64,000 nt of DNA from Candidatus Micrarchaeota archaeon (GTDB lineage Archaea > Micrarchaeota > Micrarchaeia > Anstonellales > Bilamarchaeaceae): NCBI GenBank assembly GCA_022627495.1, contig JAKEGJ010000016.1, positions 16,995-80,994 of the forward strand. Direction: 5' to 3'. Positions 55,725 through 64,000 of the stretch are shown here, piece by piece. The notes under the pieces are model-generated. The model was not told the DNA's origin and did no database searches. It worked only from the letters and a program-made list of their open reading frames with translations. Every line of letters begins with the position of its first letter. Positions within the stretch are counted from its first letter, which is position 1. The translations under genes and the position numbers were made by a program.

Positions 55725-56576
55725 TTATATGAAAATCATGGCCAGCCCCAGCACCATCAGCGCTATGGCCGCGTATTTCTGCCCGTCCAGCCTCTCCCCC
55801 AGCAGGAAATAAGCGAGCACGGTGTTGACGACGGGCGTGCCGGAATAGATGGCTGATGTCAGCCCCGCTCCTATGCTTGCGACGGAAGTGCTGTACAATG
55901 CCGACCCTGCAAAGAGGAGGCATCCGGCCGCGGCCGCAGGCGCCGCCGCGATGGCGGGCTTTGGAAGCGAAAGGCTTTTCCCGCGGAGGATATGGGACGT
56001 GATGATGAATGCGGCTATCCCCGCCTCGAGGAAAAGGCTGGCCTGGAGGGGGCCGAGGGCCAGGACGAAGCCTTTGATGGATGTATAATAGTATGCGCGG
56101 CAGAGGATTGACACGGCCAGATAAGGCATCCACGGCATCAGCGAAAGCTTCCCTCCCTCGTCCCTCGCCACGATGAGGGCGGCGGCGACAATCAGGAGCG
56201 CGCCAATGATTTGGAACACCCCCGGGGTTTCGGAAAGGAACGCGATGCTCGCACCCAGGACCAGCACGCTGGCCATCCTGCTAACCGGCACGATGACGCT
56301 CGCCTTCCCAAGGTGAAGCGCCTTATACTCCGAAATGGAGCCGAGCGCGCCTGCGGCTATCTGGATGACGTATGCGAAGACGAGCGCTTCCGGCAACGAT
56401 ATCGAAAGGCCGAGGGCGAGCGCACAGCCAAACAGGAGCGCCACCAGCACGATATACGAATAGGCTATCGCCCTGTGCCTGCCGATTGAGGCTATGGCCT
56501 TTTTCGATACGGTCCCCATCGAGCCGTAGGCCAGAAGCGAGCCGGTTGCGGGAAGGAATTCGAGCATCTCATCCAT
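55725..56576 (-). CDS. EamA/DMT family transporter
   Basis: Ten hydrophobic segments; GKASVIVPV, FLSE and LLGERL motifs. Confidence 0.85.
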   Translation of the reverse strand: MDEMLEFLPATGSLLAYGSMGTVSKKAIASIGRHRAIAYSYIVLVALLFGCALALGLSISLPEALVFAYVIQIAAGALGSISEYKALHLGKASVIVPVSRMASVLVLGASIAFLSETPGVFQIIGALLIVAAALIVARDEGGKLSLMPWMPYLAVSILCRAYYYTSIKGFVLALGPLQASLFLEAGIAAFIITSHILRGKSLSLPKPAIAAAPAAAAGCLLFAGSALYSTSVASIGAGLTSAIYSGTPVVNTVLAYFLLGERLDGQKYAAIALMVLGLAMIFI

Positions 56577-57096
56577 CCGCCTTGAATACCGCCAGAGTCG
56601 TGTATTGCGGCCCCCCCGGGCCGAGCACGCTGCATACCAGGTGGAATTCGTCCGTTTCGAACGCGCCGAACTCCTCGTCCAGGTGTTTCTCGAGAAAAGC
56701 ACGCGGGTCCAGCCTGCTCTTCACCCGGGCAATCGTAAGATGGGCTGTAAACCGTTCTTCCCCCCCGTACCCGCCAAGCGCGCCTGCGACGTCTTTTGCG
56801 AGCGCTTCCAGCGCGCCGCTGCTCGCGCATCCGGCCCACACGACCCGGACGAAGCTTTCGTTCGGGAAGACGCCGACACCCCGGATGCGGCAGGAGAACC
56901 GCTTGAATTTCACCCTGCCAAGCTGCTTTTTTACATCAACGATTTGTGAATCCGGGATTTCCCCCAGGAATCTCAGCGTGAGGTGCATGTTGTCATGCCT
57001 CACCAGGCTGATGCCCGGGGCGGCAATCTCCTGCCCGAGCGCCGACACCTTCCTGCGCAGCGCCTCGGGGACCGGAACGGCGACGAATACCCTCAT
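56569..57096 (-). CDS. thpR: RNA 2',3'-cyclic phosphodiesterase (2H family)
   Basis: MRVFVAV, HLTLRFLG, HLTIAR and GPQY motifs. Confidence 0.92.
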   Translation of the reverse strand: MRVFVAVPVPEALRRKVSALGQEIAAPGISLVRHDNMHLTLRFLGEIPDSQIVDVKKQLGRVKFKRFSCRIRGVGVFPNESFVRVVWAGCASSGALEALAKDVAGALGGYGGEERFTAHLTIARVKSRLDPRAFLEKHLDEEFGAFETDEFHLVCSVLGPGGPQYTTLAVFKADG

Positions 57097-57130
57097 GTGT
57101 TTAAAATATCGCGCGGAGATTAAAAGCGGT

Positions 57131-58360
57131 ATGTCCGGCCATGAGGTGTTCCGCTACGAGTCCCGCTCCATCCGCCTGGCGTTTTCCGGGGGGGAATTGA
57201 AGACGAAGGAATCAGATTCCTCGGCCGGCTTCGCGGTCCGCGCCCTGGAAGGCGGGCGCCTCGGGTTCGGCCACTGCCAGCACGAATCCGGCGTTGAAGG
57301 GGCGCTTGCCCAGGCAAGGCAGATGTCCCGCTTCTCGGTCAAAAGCGGCTTTTCCTTCGCCCCCGCATCAACATTCGCCAAGCCCGCCATACATGACCCG
57401 TCCTCCTCCCCCGACGACGTGGAATCGATGCGCTCCCTGGTGGATGAAGCGAAGGACATGGCGTCGTCCAAGGGCGGCAACCCCAGGGTCATGGCGTCAA
57501 TGGAGGATGCCCGCGTCAGCGTCGAGAACACCGCCGGCTTCAGCGGCGCATTCAAAAAGACGGTCTTCACGCTCTATGTCGAAAGCATGCATGGCGACGG
57601 ATACGGGTTCTCTTTCCTGGCATCGCACCGCCGCCCCAAGGACGCAGCAGTGCATGGCCTTCTGGCCGCGGAAATGGCCCAGGCGATGCAGAACGCCGGA
57701 AAGCCGGAAAGCGGCTCTTATACGGTGGTCATGGAGCCCGAGGCGCTGGAAAGCCTCGTGGACACGCTCCTCCCTTCGCTTTCGGGTGACTGGAAACGGC
57801 GCGGCATCACTGCGCTTGCGGAGGGGAAAAAACGCTTCTCGGACATGCTTACAATATGCGACGACGGGCTTTCGGAAGGCATCAACGCCCGGCCTTTCGA
57901 TGACGAGGGAACCCCTTCGCAAAAGCGGGCGCTAATCGAGCGCGGCGAGGTCAAGTCATTCCTCTACGACCGCGAGACATCGGCCCTTGAAGGCGGGAGC
58001 GTGAAGGAATCCGGCTCCTGCTCCCGCGAATCGTACGATTCGGCGCCGTCAATCGGGGCATCTAACATCGTCATATCCCCAGGCGGCATGGAAGATTTGG
58101 GCGAGCTGGACCGTTTCATCGAAGTGCGCTCGGCGCACGGTTCGCATACCGCGAACCTCACGACCGGCGACATAGGCCTGGAGGTGAGCACGGCGTTTTT
58201 GGTGGAGAAGGGCAGGCGCAGGCCAATCAAGGGCTTCATGCTGAGCGGAAACGTCTTCGACATGTTCGCCAATATCGAGGCGATGGAGAAAAAGCAGCGC
58301 GTGTTCGGCTCTCTCGTGGCGCCGCGCATCGCCTTCGGCAACGTCCGCGTCGTTTCGTAA
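57131..58360 (+). CDS. TldD/PmbA family protein (PmbA/TldE-like)
   Basis: RPFDDEG, ANLTTGD and SGNVFDM motifs; no HExxxH. Confidence 0.88.
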   Translation: MSGHEVFRYESRSIRLAFSGGELKTKESDSSAGFAVRALEGGRLGFGHCQHESGVEGALAQARQMSRFSVKSGFSFAPASTFAKPAIHDPSSSPDDVESMRSLVDEAKDMASSKGGNPRVMASMEDARVSVENTAGFSGAFKKTVFTLYVESMHGDGYGFSFLASHRRPKDAAVHGLLAAEMAQAMQNAGKPESGSYTVVMEPEALESLVDTLLPSLSGDWKRRGITALAEGKKRFSDMLTICDDGLSEGINARPFDDEGTPSQKRALIERGEVKSFLYDRETSALEGGSVKESGSCSRESYDSAPSIGASNIVISPGGMEDLGELDRFIEVRSAHGSHTANLTTGDIGLEVSTAFLVEKGRRRPIKGFMLSGNVFDMFANIEAMEKKQRVFGSLVAPRIAFGNVRVVS

Positions 58361-58437
58361 ATCCGGATTACGCATCCTCCTGCCCGGCCCGGAAGTAATT
58401 TATACCCGGGCTTCGCTCTTATTGGTGTGATTTTTAG

Positions 58438-60480
58438 ATGAAAGTCAAATCCACCGCAGAGGTAGCAGTCCCCGAGCGCATAATCGACCAGATAATAGGG
58501 CAGGATGCGGCCGTCGGCATCATCAAGAAGGCCGCGAAGCAGAAGCGCAACGTCCTGCTGATAGGCCCGCCGGGCACGGGCAAAAGCATGATGGCCCAGG
58601 CAATGGCGGAACTGATGCAGGTGGAGGAGCTAGAAGACGTCCTCGTGTACCCGAACCCGAACAACGAGAACATGCCCATGGTCCGCGTGATGAAGACGCA
58701 TCCCGATTACGAATACATAAAGAAGAACCGCCTGGAGCGGTATTTCTCACCCAAGGAGCTCGAGAAGATAAGGAAGATGGGCGCCGAGACGAAGGGTGCT
58801 CCCCCCGAGCGTGCGGGCGAGAAGGAAGCGTTGCCGGCCGCCGCCGGGCGCATGTCGCTTGCCAGGCAGCTGCGTATCGGACTTGGGCGGAGGATATCCA
58901 CGTTCCAGAAACCCCGCGACGAAGGGGCGAAGGGGCCGCCAGCCTCGCTGATAATCGCCATCGCAGGCATAGTAATCCTCGCAGTGATACTCTCGACCGA
59001 GGTCCCGGAAAACATCAAGCTGCTCGCGGTCGTGACCATCCTGGGCCTGGGCCTCCTCTTCATCATATCGAGCGCGACATCCGGCCTGGGGAAGCGCCTC
59101 ATGATAACCGAACAGACGAGCCCGAAACTCATCGTGGACAACAGCGAGCGCTTCACGGCGCCGTTCATCGACGCCACCGGCTCGCGCGCGGGCTCGCTCC
59201 TTGGCGATATTAAACATGATCCGCTTCAAAGCGGCGGCCTCGGCACGCCCGCGCACCTGCGCGTCGAGGCGGGCGCAATCCACCAGGCGAACCGGGGCGT
59301 TTTATTCATAGACGAGATAGCGTCATTGAAGCTGAACTGGCAGCAGGAGATACTCACCGCGATGCAGGAGAAGAGGTACCCGATTACCGGGCAGAGCGAG
59401 ATGTCGTCCGGCGCTTTGGTTAAGACTCAGCCCGTCCCGACCGATTTCGTGCTCGTGGCCGCGGGCAACCTGCCAGACATGGCGCACATCCACCCCGCCC
59501 TGCGCTCGAGAATCCGCGGCGGCGGCTATGAGATTTACGTGGAAGACTCGATGGACGACACGCCTGAAACCGAGGAGAAGCTGGTGCGCTTCATCGCGCA
59601 GGAAGTTAAGCGCGACGGGAAAATCCCGCAGTTCGATTCCGAGGCCGTCGCCGAGATTATCGAGGAGGCGCGCAGGATGTCCGGGCGCAGGAAGAAATTC
59701 ACGCTGAACCTGCGCGAACTTGGCGGCCTGGTCCGGGCCGCAGGCGACATGGCGCGCGAGAAGGGCCGGCCGCTCGTCATAAAAGACGACGTCCTGGAGG
59801 CCAGGAAGGTCTTCAAGTCCATCGAGAGCCAGCTGGGCGCGAAAATCATCGAGCACAAAAAAGAATACCAGACGATAGTCATTAGCGGCGCGGAAGTGGG
59901 CCGCGTGAACGGGCTTGCGGTCCTTGGCGATTCAAGGGCGGGCCTCGTCCTGCCGATTGTCGCAGAGGCTACGCCTTCGGCATCCAAAAGCGAAGGCAAG
60001 GTGATTGCGACAGGGAAGCTCGGCCAGATAGCGAAGGAGGCGGTCGACAACGTGTCCGCCATATTCAAGAAATACATCGGGACGGCGATCGCCCGCACCG
60101 ACCTGCACATCCAGTTCCTCCAGACCTACGAAGGCGTGGAGGGGGACAGCGCGTCAATCTCCACTGCGGTCGCCGTCATCTCCGCCCTCTCCAACATACC
60201 GGTGAGGCAGGATGTGGCGATGACCGGCTCGCTCGATGTGCGGGGCCGCGTGCTTCCCGTGGGGGGGATAAACGGCAAACTGGAGGCCGCAATCGATTCG
60301 GGCATAAAGAAAGCGCTTATTCCGAAAGCGAACGGGCGGGACGTCTACCTTCCCAAGGAAAGGGCGGGCATGATAGAAATCGTCCAGGTCAACGACATCG
60401 TGGAGGTCCTCGAGCACGTGCTTTCCGAGGGCAAGGCGAAGAAAGAGCTGCTCCGGAAGATGAAGACGCAGGCGGACTAG
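58438..60480 (+). CDS. lonB: Archaeal Lon protease LonB
   Basis: GPPGTGKS, two TMs, [20 protein letters not shown] and PVGG..GK motifs. Confidence 0.96.
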   Translation: MKVKSTAEVAVPERIIDQIIGQDAAVGIIKKAAKQKRNVLLIGPPGTGKSMMAQAMAELMQVEELEDVLVYPNPNNENMPMVRVMKTHPDYEYIKKNRLERYFSPKELEKIRKMGAETKGAPPERAGEKEALPAAAGRMSLARQLRIGLGRRISTFQKPRDEGAKGPPASLIIAIAGIVILAVILSTEVPENIKLLAVVTILGLGLLFIISSATSGLGKRLMITEQTSPKLIVDNSERFTAPFIDATGSRAGSLLGDIKHDPLQSGGLGTPAHLRVEAGAIHQANRGVLFIDEIASLKLNWQQEILTAMQEKRYPITGQSEMSSGALVKTQPVPTDFVLVAAGNLPDMAHIHPALRSRIRGGGYEIYVEDSMDDTPETEEKLVRFIAQEVKRDGKIPQFDSEAVAEIIEEARRMSGRRKKFTLNLRELGGLVRAAGDMAREKGRPLVIKDDVLEARKVFKSIESQLGAKIIEHKKEYQTIVISGAEVGRVNGLAVLGDSRAGLVLPIVAEATPSASKSEGKVIATGKLGQIAKEAVDNVSAIFKKYIGTAIARTDLHIQFLQTYEGVEGDSASISTAVAVISALSNIPVRQDVAMTGSLDVRGRVLPVGGINGKLEAAIDSGIKKALIPKANGRDVYLPKERAGMIEIVQVNDIVEVLEHVLSEGKAKKELLRKMKTQAD

Positions 60481-60494
60481 CGATTTCCTTTTTC

Positions 60495-61736
60495 TCAATC
60501 GTTTGACTTGAGAACCACGTTGTCCTCGACGGAGCTCACGGCCGACATCGGTATCGCGTACCTCTTGTCGAATATCGTCTGGATGATTATCTTGCCGTGC
60601 CGGGCGTCGATGCCGACAATCTTGCCCAAATAAGTGCCGCGCTCGGATATCGCCTCCTTGCCATCGATTTTCATCTCGAGGAGCACCTCTTTGCGGTACC
60701 AGTTGATGAGCGAGGTGGCCGCATAACCGAGGACGAGGGAAAGGGCGATTGTGACAAGGAACGTGCCGAAATCCACATACGGCTCGTTCATGTTCACTAT
60801 CCAGTTGCTGCCCACGAGGACGACCAGCGTGGTCAGGCCGGCCGCCGCAGAATAAAGCATGTACTTGGTTATCCGGTATTTCTTCCTCTCCATGAGGGCG
60901 TCTATGCTTTTGCCGGCCATAATGAGTATGAGGGCGGTGAAGGCTATCCAGCTGATGCTCCCTCCAACGAGCGCGATCAGCTTGTCGTTGGGAAGCCCGA
61001 GGGCGATGCCCTTCTGGAGCGTCTGGTACGCCACGAATATGCCTATCACGAACACCGTTACGCCGCCTATATACCCAATCCAGCTCGTGCGCTCGAAGGA
61101 GAAGCGGAAATCCTTTATCACGTCCAGGAACCAGTCCTCCACGCCATACACGCGCAGGAGGGCGTACACGGCGACGGCGATTACCATCGGCAGCCATCCC
61201 AGGCCGAGGTATATTGATACCGCGGTCAGGAGCAGGAGGAGGGCGGGTATCCCGATTATCGTCTTTGCGAAATGCGGGTCGCGCAATTTTTCGAGGAGCA
61301 CGAAATACGTCTTTTCCAGCTCCTTCGCCTGCTTGATGAACACTATCTTCGTGGAGTCCACCTTCAGGCGGGACTTGATGATGGGGAGTATCTCCTCGTC
61401 CGATGCGCCGTCCGAGACAATCACGCACGAGGACGGGTTGATTTCGGTGATTATCTTGTCCAGCTGAGAGCTGATTTCCTTGTCCGCGCGGTATCCCAGC
61501 TTCTTGTCGCCTGTCAGCGTGACGACCTCCGCGTTATTGCCGTCCCCCCTCATCTGGTCCAGTAACCTGACCGCGTAGAATATGGCGTTCGAGTCCGGGT
61601 CCTCGGGGTCTGCGAGCGCCAGCGAGACGGCTCCCTGGAGGTTCCTTTCCCTTCCGATAAGGGGCCCGCTGACCTTGCCTTTTTCGAACAGGTCGTTGTC
61701 GCGGTCGATGCACAGAACCAAGATGGGCCTTTTCAT
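60495..61736 (-). CDS. DUF373 membrane protein with C-terminal PRC-barrel-like domain
   Basis: CIDRDNDL, DPEDPDSN, VSDGASDE and KQAKELEKTY motifs. Confidence 0.85.
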   Translation of the reverse strand: MKRPILVLCIDRDNDLFEKGKVSGPLIGRERNLQGAVSLALADPEDPDSNAIFYAVRLLDQMRGDGNNAEVVTLTGDKKLGYRADKEISSQLDKIITEINPSSCVIVSDGASDEEILPIIKSRLKVDSTKIVFIKQAKELEKTYFVLLEKLRDPHFAKTIIGIPALLLLLTAVSIYLGLGWLPMVIAVAVYALLRVYGVEDWFLDVIKDFRFSFERTSWIGYIGGVTVFVIGIFVAYQTLQKGIALGLPNDKLIALVGGSISWIAFTALILIMAGKSIDALMERKKYRITKYMLYSAAAGLTTLVVLVGSNWIVNMNEPYVDFGTFLVTIALSLVLGYAATSLINWYRKEVLLEMKIDGKEAISERGTYLGKIVGIDARHGKIIIQTIFDKRYAIPMSAVSSVEDNVVLKSND

Positions 61737-61839
61737 CGGATATCACAGGTATCGGATTATAGGGGAGAAAGGCATTATTCATCTTTAAAAACTCTTCCTT
61801 TTCAATAGTTAATCCTCTTTAATCCCCAGAGGAATTTCC

Positions 61840-62565
61840 ATGGATAAGAAGCTAGTCCTGCCTGGAGACCATCTCTCGAGCGCCGAGGAGGCCGAGCCGG
61901 GCGAGAACACCTATTCGGAGAATGACGAGGTATACTCCGCCGGCGCAGGCGAAAACATGAGCGTTCCGGGCCGCGCCGAGGTCCGTTCACGTGGGAGGAC
62001 GCTGAAGCAGCCCCACCTGGGCATGCCAGTATACTGCGTCATCATCAAGGCGAGCCTGAACAAGGCCATAGGAGGGTGCATCCCTGCCGAGGAAGCCGAA
62101 GGCGGCTCCCGCGGAGTCGAGTTCGAGGCGGTCCTGCCCGTGACGGCGATACGCACGGGCTACGTGCGGGATTTGCGCGACGAAGTCAAGATAGGCGACA
62201 TAATCCGGGCCAAGGTCCAGAAAATTGACCGGGCCGGATTCGACATAACGATGTTCGGCCATGACTGCGGCGTCATAGCGGCCTTCTGCCCGAAGTGCAG
62301 GAGCCGGATGAATCTGCAGGAGCGGATATTCATCTGCCCGCAATGCTTCTGGAAGGAGAGGCGCAAGCTTCCGCTCAAAGAGGGAGAGGCCCCCCCGCCT
62401 GAAGAGGAGCGCCGCGAGCGCTACCCCCGGAGGGAATTCCGCGGCGGAGAGCGCGGCGGCGACCGTGGCGGGAGGCGCTTCGGCAGGAGCCCTGACCGCG
62501 GCGGGGACAGGAGGCGCGGGTTCGGCCGCAGGCCCGGCCCCGGCGGAAGGGAAGGTTCATCCTGA
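61840..62565 (+). CDS. csl4: Exosome RNA-binding protein Csl4
   Basis: VLPGD, GDIIRAKV, CPKC...CPQC..ERRK; RG-rich tail; precedes rpoL. Confidence 0.9.
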   Translation: MDKKLVLPGDHLSSAEEAEPGENTYSENDEVYSAGAGENMSVPGRAEVRSRGRTLKQPHLGMPVYCVIIKASLNKAIGGCIPAEEAEGGSRGVEFEAVLPVTAIRTGYVRDLRDEVKIGDIIRAKVQKIDRAGFDITMFGHDCGVIAAFCPKCRSRMNLQERIFICPQCFWKERRKLPLKEGEAPPPEEERRERYPRREFRGGERGGDRGGRRFGRSPDRGGDRRRGFGRRPGPGGREGSS

Positions 62566-62671
62566 TTCAATCCATATCAGCGTCAATGACTTGGCATAGG
62601 AGGGTTTTGATCGGAGCAATGGCCGAGATGGGGATAAAAAACCCTACTTGGTAATATCGGAGAGGGTTTTT

Positions 62672-62947
62672 ATGGAAGTGAAAATACTTACGAACGAGAA
62701 AAACGTGCTGGAAATGGAGCTTCGGGGGGCAGACTCGGCCCTGGCCCAGCTTCTCGCAGAAAAGCTTGGCGAGGACAAGGACGTGGAATTCGCCTCATCG
62801 AAGGTCGAGCACCCCCTTGTCGGAGAGCCGAAGCTGTACATCCGCACGAAGAAGGGCGAGCCGGCCAAGCTCGTCCTGGAGAAGCTCGAAGAGGTCAAGA
62901 AGGAAGTCACAGATTTCCGGGCGCAGTTCAAGGACATCGTGAAATGA
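62672..62947 (+). CDS. rpoL: RNA polymerase subunit L (Rpo11)
   Basis: VEFASSKVEHPL motif; csl4-rpoL synteny. Confidence 0.9.
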   Translation: MEVKILTNEKNVLEMELRGADSALAQLLAEKLGEDKDVEFASSKVEHPLVGEPKLYIRTKKGEPAKLVLEKLEEVKKEVTDFRAQFKDIVK

Positions 62948-63948
62948 TGGGCGAAGACTTTGTGGAGCGGCTTAAATCCGGCCGCGTCCAGGCCGTAATA
63001 CTGCTAGGCACGCTCGCCCTTGCGCTTATTTCGAACATGCTCTTCGGAGCGCCCGAATCCGCGCTTAATTTCCTGACGCTCCTATTCGGCGGGCTCGTTG
63101 CCTTCGAAATCGTCTATTTCGTGACCCTCGAAGTCAAGGAAGGCGCGAAAAACCACGGCTGGAAGCACGAGGCGCTGGACACGGTCGTGGCGCTCCTAGT
63201 CGCCCTGGGCATCTGGTTCGGGGCGTCGTTCCTCCTCAACACCAGCTCGCCCCTTTCAGCGGTCGTCTCCTGCAGCATGCTCCCCAACCTCCAGCGGGGG
63301 GATTTCGTGCTGGTTCAGGGCGCGCCCGTGCGCGCATATGACATCAGCATGACGCAGGCCGAGATGGAATCCCTAAACGGCCGCGCGGAAATCGGATACC
63401 CGGGGGGCAACGCGAGCATCGACGGCTCCCTATTCCCGTATTGCGTGGCCAATTCGTACTCGGAGATGTGCCGCGCTTTCATCGACTCGCCGGATGCTTT
63501 CGTGGAGAAAAAGGGCGCATTCACATACACGTACGAGCGCTGCGATTTGATATTGCGCAACGGCACGCTGGCGCACATGCCATGCCTGAAGGCCGTTTCA
63601 TTCAAAGGGACGGACTACCTCGCCAACTTCTCAAACGACATCATCGTCTACCAGCCGCCCGCAGGCGACTACTACGCGCGCATCGGCGACATCGTTCACC
63701 GGGCGATGTTCCGGATTGACGTGGACGGAAAATACTATTACATAACGCGCGGGGACAACAACCCCATCTTAGATTCGCAGTCTTACGAATTCGGAACCGG
63801 GATGATGAACCGCCCGATTCCGCACCAGAACCTGCGCGGGAAGGTCATAAGCCGCATACCCATCCTGGGATATTTCAAGCTGTTCATACAGGGCTATTTC
63901 CAGGAGGACTCCCAGTGCAGGACGCAGCTCGAATTCACGCACGCCTGA
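62944..63948 (+). CDS. Signal peptidase I (S26, archaeal type) with insertion
   Basis: VVSCSMLP (Ser), DIVHR (His) and TRGDNN motifs. Confidence 0.88.
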   Translation: MMGEDFVERLKSGRVQAVILLGTLALALISNMLFGAPESALNFLTLLFGGLVAFEIVYFVTLEVKEGAKNHGWKHEALDTVVALLVALGIWFGASFLLNTSSPLSAVVSCSMLPNLQRGDFVLVQGAPVRAYDISMTQAEMESLNGRAEIGYPGGNASIDGSLFPYCVANSYSEMCRAFIDSPDAFVEKKGAFTYTYERCDLILRNGTLAHMPCLKAVSFKGTDYLANFSNDIIVYQPPAGDYYARIGDIVHRAMFRIDVDGKYYYITRGDNNPILDSQSYEFGTGMMNRPIPHQNLRGKVISRIPILGYFKLFIQGYFQEDSQCRTQLEFTHA

Positions 63949-63949
63949 A

Positions 63950-64000
63950 TGGGCTTAGGGAATGCGGGGTCAGCCATAGTGCGACCCGCCGAACTCGCTC
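63950..64000 (+). ncRNA. Possible SRP RNA, 5' part, truncated by window end
   Basis: GGGTC/GACCC hairpin followed by GCCGAACTCGCTC, resembling the GCCGAACCCCGCC(AGG) segment that leads into SRP helix 8. Confidence 0.4.

Noticed and set aside
56372..57130. N-terminal 253 aa of the 662-aa ORF as part of PmbA
   Set aside because: Antisense shadow of thpR and the DMT gene; the plausible start is ATG 57131 after a TATA-like TTTAAAA.
1..64000. CRISPR array, rRNA, transposase or integrase
   Set aside because: No regularly spaced repeats, rRNA signatures or recombinase motifs were seen.

Overview
Chromosomal window from a GC-rich archaeon, most likely Micrarchaeota/DPANN (inferred from gene content and gene families, not from a marker alignment). 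Most of it is housekeeping: the exosome superoperon (SBDS-rrp4-rrp41-rrp42-L37ae-rpoP-Brix-pcc1-pfdB-DHH), csl4-rpoL-signal peptidase, elp3, trmI, rnp2, ychF, rnhA, purA, lonB and scpB. There are two intron-containing tRNAs: Leu-CAA with two introns (one in the variable arm) and Ser-TGA. The standout region is about 16 kb at 20.0-36.1 kb. It holds six translationally coupled, paralogous multi-pass membrane proteins that share motifs recalling CedA/VirB6-type channel proteins, and a 1355-aa Cys-rich surface protein. Divergent from these is a 1399-aa membrane-anchored protein whose promoter and first ~34 codons are duplicated just downstream of the gene. This locus is a candidate cell-contact, secretion or DNA-transfer apparatus. 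Other oddities: an RpoP with no cysteines, a non-catalytic-looking tRNA-splicing endonuclease subunit, an SLT-like protein with Gln at the catalytic Glu position, a LarE-like protein missing the LarE Cys motifs, an AT-rich island splitting the exosome operon, a family of small intergenic repeats, and a probable short SRP RNA cut by the window end. No CRISPR array, rRNA, transposase or integrase was seen. All protein family calls come from motifs recognised by eye; no database search was run.
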